From the IMG/VR virus record IMGVR_UViG_2563367158_000002: a DNA stretch of 35,353 bases, one strand, 5' to 3'. The DNA comes from a virus (taxonomy: Duplodnaviria; Heunggongvirae; Uroviricota; Caudoviricetes). Positions 8,618-17,999 of the stretch are shown here, piece by piece; position 1 is the stretch's first letter, and each line of letters begins with the position of its first letter. The translations under genes were made by a program, and so were the position numbers. The notes beneath the pieces are model-generated. The model saw nothing but the letters and a program-made list of their open reading frames with translations. It was not told where the DNA came from and searched no databases.

Positions 8618-9985
8618 TTATCTTTCTCCAACATCCTCTTCTAAAACATGATCTATCTTATCTACAGGAAGATTATCATACTTAGAAAAATCAAAACCAT
8701 CGGGAAGTTTATTTTTTGCTGCTTTTAATATTCTTATTGAATCGTTACCGTTTCTAGAGCGATTTCGCCAATAACATTGATTGTTTTTGTTTGCTCCTTC
8801 AAGCAGGGTTAACATTTGCTCGCTTGAGTAATTAGCCAAGTCTTTGTCAATAAATCTATCAAAATATATATCGGCTCGTTCGAAATCAGCGCTGTTTATA
8901 AAACAAGCAATTCCAAAATCGCGATACTCTGATTCCAAACCTAATTCGCTGCAAACATTTTTAAAAATTGCCAAATGTTGCTGGTTAAGAAAATTTCCAT
9001 TATCTCCGTATTTTTTGTAATATTTTTCAGATATTCTTTTTGTTACGCGATTAATGTGTTCCTCCGGCGATTCAGATATAAAAAAGGCTATTCCAAAATA
9101 AGATATGTTATCTTTTATAATAGGTTTTATGAGTTCTTTTACTGAATCATCCAAGGCGTTATATATTTCTTTCTCCATGGAAATGAACTCAATTAGTGCC
9201 TTAATTGCATCATGGTTATTGGAAATATTGGAGTAATAAGCAGTTTCTGCTTTAACCGAGTCCACCATGGCTTGCCTGTCTTTTTCAAATATCAGTTTCA
9301 TAGCTCTGATATTTATCTCTCTATTTTCTAATGGCTTAGCTTCTTCAGATCTAAACGAAAACTTCCACAACCCCTTGAATATCTTAACTAATACTTCCTT
9401 GTTTAAAGATTTGAAATATTTAACATCTAAGTATTTTTTAAGCGCGTTATCGGAAGGGAATAGGTCCTTTACCTTTTCTAGATCTGCAACAAATGTGGAA
9501 AGTATTTTTTGAGACATAAATGGCGGCTTGCTTAATATTACTTCTATACTATTCCTAATGTCACTTCTAATCATTTCCTGTGTTGGCTCGAATAACGTAT
9601 CTTCGTCACTTATTACTGGATGGGCAGATAAATGCCTGTGTTTTTGAATAAGTAAAACTTTATGGTTTGAAGCAGTGTCTAATAATTGAGTTCTTTCAAA
9701 AACTCTTTTAATAAGCTCTTTTTCCCATTTAGGAGAGTAAGGATCATCGTTTTGTAGTGCTTCAATTTCTAATAATATCTTTTCCGCAACAGCATCGTTA
9801 TGAACATCTCGCAGTTCTTGGAGCTTAAAAATAATATCACATACAACTACTGACCATAGCATCACGGTAGCAGAACGGTAACAACCATTAGCATAGCTCT
9901 TATAAACCTCTTCAAAATATTTTCTAGTTCTTCTATCATAAATTTTACTCTTCTGAGATTCTAATGAGAATATTCTAACGTCCAT
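8618..9985 (-). CDS. Cargo protein at the P2 Z/fun slot, 455 aa, with HEPN-like Rx4H motif (candidate abortive-infection or exclusion protein)
   Basis: Long ORF in an AT-rich island between G and FI; ATG with GGAG RBS; motif R117-H-L-S-A-H122 (plus strand 9620-9637) near the end of a roughly 130-aa helical N-terminal region; no Walker A motif. Whether it is a homolog of P2 Fun(Z) cannot be decided without alignment. Confidence 0.8.
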
Positions 9986-10282
9986 AATTTCTCCATGAAA
10001 AAATATTTAACTCAAGTAATTGAATATGAATCATGTAGTCATAAATACTTCAAAATTATATTTTTAGCCCACTTAAAATTCATACAAAACTTCTTTAATA
10101 AACTGATTCAGGTCTCATGCATTATGCTTTTAACAAACTATCCTAACCTTCATAGTATAAATCTTGATGTTCAATTTTACAATACGCCAAGTTTCCGTAA
10201 ATCAATGAATGCGTCGGATTTTACAATAATTTAAAAGAGATGTTGAATAGTATCCATGAAGTGTAAGGTTAATATACCCAAA

Positions 10283-10306
10283 ACGTCCGCCTCTGGCACA
10301 GAGCGG
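10283..10306 (-). terminator. Terminator-like hairpin downstream of G (gtccgcctctg / cagagcggac, then GTTTTGGG on minus strand)
   Basis: GC-rich stem with one bulge followed by a U-rich tract in the minus direction, about 65 nt after the G stop. Confidence 0.5.
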
Positions 10307-10369
10307 ACTGTCAAATTAGGCTTTACTCTGTGCCATAGATATGTAAGCTCCTACCAGAGCTCATACAAC

Positions 10370-10897
10370 TTATTGCGTCATTTCCGGCCATTCAGGATTT
10401 GTAGGATCCACACGACTGACCAGAACGCTGTAGCGTTCCCAAGCCTCCAGCCGTGTGCGCTCCTCCTCTGTTGCCATGTTCAGCCTGACAGCACGCTCTA
10501 GCGGCAAAATCACGGATTCAGCATCTGCAAGAAGTCTGGCTTTCCGGTTTTCTGCCTGCAGTTGCAATTCCTCTGCCGTATAAATTCGTTTGATCACTGT
10601 GCCATCCTTAAACATCCAGTTCCCTGAAATGTCCGCCCGTCGGTTAGCAGTAATATCCGCCACTTCAACAACACTTAATCCATCCGGTCTGATAGCTGTC
10701 ACATCCTTTTCCACATAGCGGATGATATTATCTTTGTCGTACGCTATTTTTATCGTGTCATCAGCAAAATACTTTTGTTCTTCGTACCAGTTCTTACCAT
10801 CTTCTGAAAAAAACCAGACAACATCAAAGTTCTTTGTCAATTGATATTGTTCAACCGTTTTTGGATTACCCGCCGTAATATTTTTTAAATGCTGCAT
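10370..10897 (-). CDS. G: Tail fiber assembly protein G (175 aa)
   Basis: P2 gpG length; MQHLKNI...[14 protein letters not shown] and C-terminal [11 protein letters not shown] recognised. Confidence 0.9.
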   Translation of the reverse strand: MQHLKNITAGNPKTVEQYQLTKNFDVVWFFSEDGKNWYEEQKYFADDTIKIAYDKDNIIRYVEKDVTAIRPDGLSVVEVADITANRRADISGNWMFKDGTVIKRIYTAEELQLQAENRKARLLADAESVILPLERAVRLNMATEEERTRLEAWERYSVLVSRVDPTNPEWPEMTQ

Positions 10898-10900
10898 AAA

Positions 10901-13150
10901 TTATACCTGCGCCACGTTATACCATGTCCCGTTAATGTATTTCTGCACCGGTCTGTAATATACGCCACCAATGTTATCGGCAGAGTTTGAGCCGGTATCC
11001 TGAACAATAATGCCGGTATATACGCAACCTGACGGAGCCTGATGCGTCCATGTAGTACCATTATTTGCTGGTTTATATGTAGATGCACCGCCCAGTCGCA
11101 TGTCTCTCACATAACGTGAATCTGACTCAGCTTTGGTGTATGCACCAACATCTCCCGCTGAGGGTTTATGAGCAGTTGTATATAGTTGCGCCCATCCAGA
11201 CCAGTTAGCATCTGTGGTATCTCGTCGGGAGCGAATATATGCCGGAGCATGAGCACCGCTGGTTCCACTCCAGCCAATAAGTAACTCACCCTCTCCTACT
11301 GCGGTTACGCCAGTGAGATGAAGCACATTACCATAGGCTGTTGGGTAGCCATTGTTGTATGCCTCATACATCTGAATACCTGGTGTACCCTTTGAGCTCC
11401 CACCTAATGCAGTAACACGGTTTCTGGATACCAGTGTATTAATATTTATATCGGCAGAACCATCAAATCTGACACCATTAATATTTCTTGCGTTCGCTAA
11501 CTTCGTTGCTGTTGCAGCATTTCCTGAAAGGCTGGAAATAAATGGATGTGAGCAGTAATAACCGCGCCCATTTTTAAAATCCAGAATAGCCTGTGCGTTC
11601 GTGCTTTCTGTAGCGGGATTAGTTGCCCCCCACTTATATGTCGTTTGACCGACGACATAATCCTCTGTCGGAACAATAACCGTTAGCCCTTCCTCTGCAA
11701 GAATTTGCACAGGGAAAGCTCTGGCTTCAACATAAAAAACACTACATACATCATCATCTTTCAGGCTTGTAACAATGGAATGGATTGAACGCTCATTGGT
11801 CTGATACGTCCAGAAATAACCTGCCGCATATGAACCACGATCAGTCCATCCTCCGGGCATAACCATGCCATTAAACTCGCAGTTATTCATTACATAATCG
11901 CCGTTATAACAACCAGTGGAAATAACGACGCGGGATGCCATTTCTCCTGAAAGGCTGGCAGCACGGCGAAAGATAACGGGATACCACTTCCCGGCAACGA
12001 CATTTGCAGGGGCTGCAAACGAATACTTTCGCATTCCCTTTTTCTTATCCACTTCACCTTTGCTGTAAACATTAATGTTACTCAGGAAGCGTTCTTTATC
12101 AGGAATATCCGCACCGTTCTGATCTTTCTGAAGACGTTTTTCAGCATTGTCATTGGCAGACTTCACCGCTTTTGGTGTTGCGGCCAGCGTTTCAGAATCA
12201 CTGTTGGTGGCGCTACTTAGCTGGACAAGACCTTTTCGAGCTGTGGTGGCATCCTGTGCAGTGTATTTCCCGTTAGCAAGGTCATACGCTGTCTTAACCG
12301 CCTTTGGCGTTGCGGCCAGCGTTTCAGAATCGCTGTTGGTGGCACTACTGAGCTGAACAAGGCCTTTTCGCGCGGTGGTGGCGTCCTGCGCGGTGTATTT
12401 GCCATTAGCAAGGTCATATGCTGTCTTAACTGCCTTCGGCGTTGCTGCGAGCGTCTCAGATTCGCTGTTGATGGCACTACTTAGCTGAACAAGACCTTTT
12501 CGCCCCGTGCTGGCGTCCTGAGCGGTATATTTTCCGTTAGCAAGGTCATATGCGGCCTTTACCGCTTTCGGCGTTGCGGCCAGTGTTTCAGACGTGCTGT
12601 TGGTCGCACTGCTTAACTGAGTAAAACCTTTTGCGGTCAGCGAGGCGTCAGGGTGACGTCGTGACTGTTCGTGCTCTGCAATTTTGTCATCAACGTAATC
12701 CTGCGTCGCCATCACCGTTGTGGTGTCAATGGTCAGCTCCACTGAGGCCACACTGCTGACGATGATGACCATGCGGCAGGTCTGCGAACGCCCTGAGCCT
12801 TCGGCAAGAGCTGGCTTATAACTTTCGGCCATGTTCGCCACGGCAATTAACGTTCCCGCATCATCGTACAGGCCAAGCTCACGCATCCAGAAACCGCCCA
12901 CCTCCGGCGGAATAACCAGCTCTGCGATAATATAATTACTGTTTCGTTTGTCCTGACTGATTTTGTTCAGCGCATGTCGCCAGACTTCGTGGATAAGCCC
13001 GGTCTGTCCGGCATCCGGGACAGGCAATTTACCACCGCCATCCCCGACGGCCATCGTGGTAATGTTGACCTTCCGCCCTCCCGGTGCGGTTGCCGCTGCC
13101 AGCTTTGCTGCACCGGCAGTGGTGATAACGGTTTTGAATTTTGTGCTCAT
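10901..13150 (-). CDS. H: Tail fiber protein H (749 aa) with internal tandem repeats
   Basis: N-terminus MSTKFKTVITTAGAAKLAAAT... as in P2 H; about 80 aa longer than P2 H (669 aa as I recall) because of four 44-aa fiber repeats; Gly/Thr/Ser-rich receptor-binding C-terminus. Confidence 0.9.
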   Translation of the reverse strand: MSTKFKTVITTAGAAKLAAATAPGGRKVNITTMAVGDGGGKLPVPDAGQTGLIHEVWRHALNKISQDKRNSNYIIAELVIPPEVGGFWMRELGLYDDAGTLIAVANMAESYKPALAEGSGRSQTCRMVIIVSSVASVELTIDTTTVMATQDYVDDKIAEHEQSRRHPDASLTAKGFTQLSSATNSTSETLAATPKAVKAAYDLANGKYTAQDASTGRKGLVQLSSAINSESETLAATPKAVKTAYDLANGKYTAQDATTARKGLVQLSSATNSDSETLAATPKAVKTAYDLANGKYTAQDATTARKGLVQLSSATNSDSETLAATPKAVKSANDNAEKRLQKDQNGADIPDKERFLSNINVYSKGEVDKKKGMRKYSFAAPANVVAGKWYPVIFRRAASLSGEMASRVVISTGCYNGDYVMNNCEFNGMVMPGGWTDRGSYAAGYFWTYQTNERSIHSIVTSLKDDDVCSVFYVEARAFPVQILAEEGLTVIVPTEDYVVGQTTYKWGATNPATESTNAQAILDFKNGRGYYCSHPFISSLSGNAATATKLANARNINGVRFDGSADININTLVSRNRVTALGGSSKGTPGIQMYEAYNNGYPTAYGNVLHLTGVTAVGEGELLIGWSGTSGAHAPAYIRSRRDTTDANWSGWAQLYTTAHKPSAGDVGAYTKAESDSRYVRDMRLGGASTYKPANNGTTWTHQAPSGCVYTGIIVQDTGSNSADNIGGVYYRPVQKYINGTWYNVAQV
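12152..12646. repeat. About four tandem copies of a 132-bp (44-codon) repeat inside H
   Basis: Nucleotide repeats visible by eye; protein repeats ...RKGLVQLSSA(T/I)NS(D/E)SETLAATPKAVK(T/A)AYDLANGKYTAQDA... Confidence 0.85.
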
Positions 13151-13160
13151 TATTCCTCAC

Positions 13161-13691
13161 TTATCCGGGGTAAACCGTAATTACATCGCCGTCGTAAGCC
13201 ACACCACCGGCGAACAGGTAGCCCGGAATGTCCCGGGTAATGTTCAGGCCAATAAGGTGGCGGCTTGCAGGTTTGGCATCAGCAATCAGCCGTTCCATTT
13301 CCTGATACATTGCCTCTGTGATACCGCTTTCCAGTACACCAATATCAAGCCGGAAGGTGCCGGGCGGGTCACTGGTTTCCCACCACTCCGTCACGTTGAT
13401 GAGATAGCCGAGCGGCTCCACCACACGCCGGATTGCACCTATAGTGCCCTTATGACAGTGGATGAAATAGGCATCGCGGATAACGGCGCGTTTTGTCGCT
13501 TCCGGCCACTTTTCATCCCACCTGTCGACCGAAAACGCCCACGCCAGCCACGGCAGCAGATTTGCCGGACAGGTATCCGGGTTCCACAGCTCACGAATAC
13601 TGACCGGCGTTTTTTCAATTTCCGCACAGGCTTTTGCAGCAGCAACCTCAAGCGGTGATGAGCCGGTCGGCAGCAGGCGCGAATCACTCAT
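13161..13691 (-). CDS. I: Baseplate assembly protein I (176 aa)
   Basis: P2 gpI length and sequence. Confidence 0.93.
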   Translation of the reverse strand: MSDSRLLPTGSSPLEVAAAKACAEIEKTPVSIRELWNPDTCPANLLPWLAWAFSVDRWDEKWPEATKRAVIRDAYFIHCHKGTIGAIRRVVEPLGYLINVTEWWETSDPPGTFRLDIGVLESGITEAMYQEMERLIADAKPASRHLIGLNITRDIPGYLFAGGVAYDGDVITVYPG

Positions 13692-14592
13692 CCGAGCCTC
13701 CGGTCACGACGCTGTATTCGGTACAGAAAGACGCCTGCGTACTGTTGAGCACGATGTCGGCCAGTGGTGCAGCCAGTTCGACACGCTGCACACCTTCCAC
13801 ATGCAAAGCGGCATAAATGGCAGACAGACGGATGTCACGCCCCAGCCGGTGCTGTGCCGTGATATACGCTTCCAGTTTTTTCACGGCGGCAGCGCGGATG
13901 GGTTCGCTTTCGGGACCAGGGTAAAGGTAAAGCGTGGCGTTTATCTGGTATTCAACAATGGCGGCAGACTGCACGGTCACGCGGTCGGCCACCGGCCTGA
14001 CGTCCTCGCCATTAAGGGCGTTACGCACCACGGCCAGCAGATCTTCGGATGCGACGCCGTTATTTTCACGTGACAGCACAGAGATGGTGACGCAGGCCGG
14101 AGACGGACTGGTGACAGAGATATCCGCGACACGCCCGTCGGCACTGCGACCATGATACTGATAGGCTCCCACCGACCCGGCGACGCTTAAGCCTTCAAAC
14201 GCCTGCTGAATACGCAGCCGGTAATCGGTGTCAGACTCCATCACTGCCGGTGTCGGCGGGATAGTCGAATCATCTGCCGGGGTGATAATCAGGCGTGTGG
14301 TGTTGTAATTGGCACCAATCACATCAAGGTCATTACCGGCTGCACAGGCCAGCATCACCGCCCGTGCGGCCTCATTCACACGCTGACGCCAGATAAGCTC
14401 ACGATAAGCATTTTCCTCCAGCAGTTTGACGAGAGGTTCGGATTCCAGCGTCAGGGTACGGGCGACCGCCTCCTGCTGGTCTTCCGGGTAAAGGGAAATC
14501 AGTGTCGCCTTGCGTTCGGCAAGAATGGTTTCAAAGTCCAGCTCCTCGACCACATCCGGTGCGGGTAGCTGGTTCAGGTCGATAATCGGCAT
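13684..14592 (-). CDS. J: Baseplate assembly protein J (302 aa)
   Basis: P2 gpJ length and sequence. Confidence 0.93.
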   Translation of the reverse strand: MPIIDLNQLPAPDVVEELDFETILAERKATLISLYPEDQQEAVARTLTLESEPLVKLLEENAYRELIWRQRVNEAARAVMLACAAGNDLDVIGANYNTTRLIITPADDSTIPPTPAVMESDTDYRLRIQQAFEGLSVAGSVGAYQYHGRSADGRVADISVTSPSPACVTISVLSRENNGVASEDLLAVVRNALNGEDVRPVADRVTVQSAAIVEYQINATLYLYPGPESEPIRAAAVKKLEAYITAQHRLGRDIRLSAIYAALHVEGVQRVELAAPLADIVLNSTQASFCTEYSVVTGGSDE

Positions 14593-14596
14593 GGTT

Positions 14597-14944
14597 TCAA
14601 CTCACAGGGATGGTTAACGAAAGTGGCTGGCCGGTGTCGTTGTGCTGGCCGGTTAACGTGACCGTCATTCGCCCGTCAAAACTGCGCTCAGTGGTGACGG
14701 ATGACAGGGTGACGCGGGGTTCCCATTTCAGCACCGCCATGTAACAGGCGACCTTAATCTGCAACTCAAGCGCCGGGGTCTGCGGCTGGTCAATCATTGA
14801 CGCCAGCAACGAGCCGTAATCACGACGCATCACCCGTGAGCCGACCGGTGTGCGCAGGATATCGCCGATACTCTGGCTGATATGCTCAAGGTCAGTGACA
14901 GTCAGGCTATCACTGCGATTCATTCCGAGATAACGCGCTGTCAT
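14597..14944 (-). CDS. W: Baseplate assembly protein W (115 aa)
   Basis: P2 gpW length and sequence. Confidence 0.93.
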   Translation of the reverse strand: MTARYLGMNRSDSLTVTDLEHISQSIGDILRTPVGSRVMRRDYGSLLASMIDQPQTPALELQIKVACYMAVLKWEPRVTLSSVTTERSFDGRMTVTLTGQHNDTGQPLSLTIPVS

Positions 14945-15570
14945 AGAGGACTCCCGGTTGTGCCGCCGCTGTCGCCGGGGTGTTTATGGGTATGCAGTAC
15001 CTTACCGTTTGATGAGAGTTCACCGCCGGTGTGTTCAATGTTGCCGTGCATCGTCCCGCCCTTCTGCACTTCCAGCGTGCCGGTAATCAGCCTGTTGGTG
15101 CAGACGACCTCCGGTGTGTCCAGGGTGATGCGGGTTGACGCTTTCACCATGACCACCGGCACCGTGGCAGTAACAGAATCAGAAGCCGTCACGCTGGCCG
15201 TTTTAATTCCGCTTACCGTGAGTGCACTGGTTTCGGGGTCATACTCAATCACCGCCCCGTCAGGGAAACGGATATGCAGGGCATCCGCCGACGCAGACGG
15301 CGCGGGGTTATCGCCGGAATAAATCCCCGGCAGAACGAACGCCGTGTCGAGTTCACCGCCCACGGACAGAATCAGCACCTGTTCCCCCACGGAAGGTGCC
15401 CACCATGTGCGCGAACGACCGGCGCGCTGGGTCAGCCACTGCAGCCAGTCGGTGCACATGCCGCCGGTCTGCACACGGCAGCGACCGGCATTAAGGTCGG
15501 TTTCGACGATAATGCCAGTGCGAATCATATTGCGTATAAAGCGAAGAATTTCATTGTATTGTGCATTCAT
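14941..15570 (-). CDS. V: Baseplate spike protein V (about 209 aa)
   Basis: Start at the internal ATG giving MNAQYNEILRFIRNMI...; the 235-aa ORF in the track begins at an upstream TTG; exact start uncertain. Confidence 0.88.
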   Translation of the reverse strand: MNAQYNEILRFIRNMIRTGIIVETDLNAGRCRVQTGGMCTDWLQWLTQRAGRSRTWWAPSVGEQVLILSVGGELDTAFVLPGIYSGDNPAPSASADALHIRFPDGAVIEYDPETSALTVSGIKTASVTASDSVTATVPVVMVKASTRITLDTPEVVCTNRLITGTLEVQKGGTMHGNIEHTGGELSSNGKVLHTHKHPGDSGGTTGSPL

Positions 15571-15656
15571 TCGATAATAATGATTCTGTACAATCTCGAA
15601 GTAAATCACACCACGATTTCTGGTGCACAGAACAACAAGGGACAACAAAATCCATT
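15571..15656. promoter_or_regulatory. Divergent control region: expected late promoter for V-W-J-I-H-G (minus) and promoter of the antisense cargo gene (plus)
   Basis: Position only; contains the dyad CACCA-N7-TGGTG (15609-15625) and a TACAAT-like hexamer (15588-15593). Confidence 0.35.
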
Positions 15657-16730
15657 ATGAGTACTTACTTTTTCTCGTCAGAAACAATGAAAGAATTGTT
15701 CAAAGATTATCTGGTCTTTTTGAACACGCTGACTCCCAGCACAAACTTTGAATCAAACAGAAACAAAATAATTGCTCAAGCAATAAACTTCATTTCCGAA
15801 AACCCTGAAGATTGGGACAAAAAATCCCAGTACAACATTGCTATGATTGGCGACACCTTTAAAAGTTTCTTAAGAGAAAAGGGGGAAGATAACAACAGCA
15901 TCAACCTTATATTCACTTGCTTTTTTAGATTTATCATTGAACCAAGCATTCTCTCTCCGGAAATAGAGTCTCACTTTTCACCACTAAGAACCATCAAGGA
16001 TTTTGCTCTGTATAACTATAATGAATTCGATGAGCGGAGCAGAGCACAGATAGACTTTTCTCTTAGAGAACTGCCATTAGCAATGGTTAAAGAAGTTTTA
16101 AGCTCCAGCAATGTTGACACATATAAAAAATACATTGATAGTTTAAACGAAGGGCGTCAATTTTTCGAAAAGTGCGACTCCTTCTTAAAGGAGCAACATG
16201 CCAAAATAGAGTCAATTAAAGAGTCATTAAAAGGGTATGAGGTCGCATTTAATTTTGTTGGATTGTTTGATGGCTTTAATTCACTTGGCAAAAAGAAAGA
16301 AAGTGAAATCATGCTATCAAGAATAATTCTTATCATCTTGGCTATAATCATTCCCTCCCCACTGATATACTATGGAATGCATAAATTACCAACTCTCGAA
16401 ACGACAAATGCTGCCACATATTTTATGTCAGCACTACCTTTTGCATCAGTTACATTGATTTTCATGTATTACTTTAGAGTTGTACTGATAAATCATATAT
16501 CGTTACGAACTCAGATTATGCAAATAGAACTCAGAAAGAGCCTTTGTCAGTTCATTCAGAGTTATAGCGACTATTCCTCAGAGATAAGGAAAAACAATCC
16601 GGAAGCGCTTTCAAAATTTGAAGACGTAGTATTTTCAAACATCATGCTATCCGATGATAAGATACCATCTACATTTGATGGTATTGAACAAATAGCATCG
16701 TTAATCAACGCATTGAAAAATGGCAAGTAA
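15657..16730 (+). CDS. Cargo protein at the P2 orf30 slot, 357 aa, membrane-anchored, unknown function
   Basis: AT-rich ORF on the strand opposite to the late operons; start at the ATG (15657) downstream of the V start, since the track's 389-aa version begins at a GTG overlapping V; two hydrophobic segments (IMLSRIILIILAIIIPSPLIYY and ATYFMSALPFASVTLIFMYYF) after a roughly 230-aa soluble N-terminal region; own terminator. Confidence 0.8.
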   Translation: MSTYFFSSETMKELFKDYLVFLNTLTPSTNFESNRNKIIAQAINFISENPEDWDKKSQYNIAMIGDTFKSFLREKGEDNNSINLIFTCFFRFIIEPSILSPEIESHFSPLRTIKDFALYNYNEFDERSRAQIDFSLRELPLAMVKEVLSSSNVDTYKKYIDSLNEGRQFFEKCDSFLKEQHAKIESIKESLKGYEVAFNFVGLFDGFNSLGKKKESEIMLSRIILIILAIIIPSPLIYYGMHKLPTLETTNAATYFMSALPFASVTLIFMYYFRVVLINHISLRTQIMQIELRKSLCQFIQSYSDYSSEIRKNNPEALSKFEDVVFSNIMLSDDKIPSTFDGIEQIASLINALKNGK

Positions 16731-16734
16731 TGAT

Positions 16735-16764
16735 AAAAGGCCAATAACTGGCCTTTTATTTATT
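16735..16764. terminator. Bidirectional rho-independent terminator (aaaa-GGCCA-ataac-TGGCC-ttttatttatt)
   Basis: Hairpin flanked by an A-run and a T-run; sits between the convergent cargo gene (plus) and S (minus). Confidence 0.7.
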
Positions 16765-16833
16765 AACGTAAAGATTCAAAATAAATCATACTAAATCAAA
16801 TAATTTCATTCTTATATTCTCAGATCAATAAAG

Positions 16834-17286
16834 CTAGCGATTCAGGTGAGCCAGAATAATCTCTTCAATCATCTGCACATCCTCACCGGTAAAGCCGAGC
16901 AGAGGACGCGCCGGATAATCAATTTTCTTACCGTCTTTCCGGGTTTCTTCCGACAGACCAAACTGATGCACACTGGCGATTTTCGGTGACTTCCCGCCGT
17001 AAAATTCCATTGCTGCCTGTTCCGGGCTGGCGCGGATATGCAAAAAACGACTGGTGATAAGTTTCGCAAACATTTTTCGCTTAACGCGACCGGTCTTTTT
17101 TCTGGCGCTCTGCTGCTGGCGTGGCGCGTAGGGTGTGCCGTCCGGGGCTTTCTGTGCCATCACCCGACGCTGCTGACTCTGCCGCAGACGTTTCGCCAGT
17201 TCGGCACTCAGTCGCCGACGCCCTGACGGTGACAGCGACTCAATCAGTCCGGTCAGCCGGTCTTCAAAACGCTTAAACTCATTCAT
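16834..17286 (-). CDS. S: Tail completion protein S (150 aa)
   Basis: P2 gpS length and sequence. Confidence 0.93.
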   Translation of the reverse strand: MNEFKRFEDRLTGLIESLSPSGRRRLSAELAKRLRQSQQRRVMAQKAPDGTPYAPRQQQSARKKTGRVKRKMFAKLITSRFLHIRASPEQAAMEFYGGKSPKIASVHQFGLSEETRKDGKKIDYPARPLLGFTGEDVQMIEEIILAHLNR

Positions 17287-17746
17287 CCCACTTGCTCACC
17301 AGTTCGCCATTGATATAAAGCTCCATCGGGCGGGTGACCGGCTCCGGCGGCGGGGGTTCCGGGATATTCTTCACATGCAGTGCGCCGTCGACCTCACTGA
17401 CCAGCGTGCGCTCGGTCAGCATCAGGCTGATGCTGATATCAAAGCTGCTGTCATTGTTGATGTCTGCATAAAACGTGAAGCCCTTTTTCTGGCCTGCGTC
17501 GGTGGTCATAATGTCGGGCTGATTTTCCCGCAGCCACGCCAGCACCGGCACAATGAGCAGGTCAAAATCACCGGTAAAGTCGGTCACAATGACATTGAGC
17601 GTGTAACGCTTTTCGAATGACAGCGACGTCGCCAGTGTGGAGGCAATACTCCCGTTATCCACGAATATCCGCAGCATATCGGGGTTAGTTTTCAGCACCG
17701 TGACGGCATCAGTCAGCGCCCTGCGCAGGCTGTCGGGTTTGAGCAT
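17279..17746 (-). CDS. R: Tail completion protein R (155 aa)
   Basis: P2 gpR length and sequence. Confidence 0.93.
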   Translation of the reverse strand: MLKPDSLRRALTDAVTVLKTNPDMLRIFVDNGSIASTLATSLSFEKRYTLNVIVTDFTGDFDLLIVPVLAWLRENQPDIMTTDAGQKKGFTFYADINNDSSFDISISLMLTERTLVSEVDGALHVKNIPEPPPPEPVTRPMELYINGELVSKWDE

Positions 17747-17999
17747 CGTTTTCGTCCTGACAGTATTTAATCATTTTTACCTGGCTGGCACAGCGCGCCA
17801 GCGCGTTCTCAAGCTGCCGGATATCGGCACTTAAATCACCGTTCGTCTCCGGGTCGCTGCCCGGCATCGGGCAAAGGCTCACTTTCGGGCAGGCGTTGGG
17901 GACAATCACTGGCGTCGGTGCAGGCCGGACGCTGGTGCAACCGGCGCACAGCATCAGGCAGGTCAGCACCGTACCAGCGGCGGAAATCTTCGTTTTCAT
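17709..17999 (-). CDS. lysC: LysC, Rz1-like outer-membrane lipoprotein spanin (96 aa) nested in lysB
   Basis: MKTKISAAGTVLTCLMLCAGC lipoprotein signal and lipobox; embedded in a different frame inside lysB. Confidence 0.8.
   Translation of the reverse strand: MKTKISAAGTVLTCLMLCAGCTSVRPAPTPVIVPNACPKVSLCPMPGSDPETNGDLSADIRQLENALARCASQVKMIKYCQDENDAQTRQPAQGAD

Noticed and set aside
9995-10501. Plus-strand ORFs of 79 and 81 aa in the AT-rich spacer upstream of the cargo gene and overlapping G
   Set aside because: No RBS; low-complexity AT-rich translations; one overlaps the G 3' end antisense and the terminator hairpins.
12147-12477. Tandem repeats in 12150-12650 as a possible CRISPR array or minisatellite; small ORFs on both strands
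   Set aside because: The repeats are in frame within the H coding sequence and lack unique spacers; small ORFs are repeat-induced artefacts.
12963-13658. 231-aa plus-strand ORF antisense to H and I
   Set aside because: Antisense to two P2-homologous genes; Pro/Ala/Arg-rich translation; no RBS.
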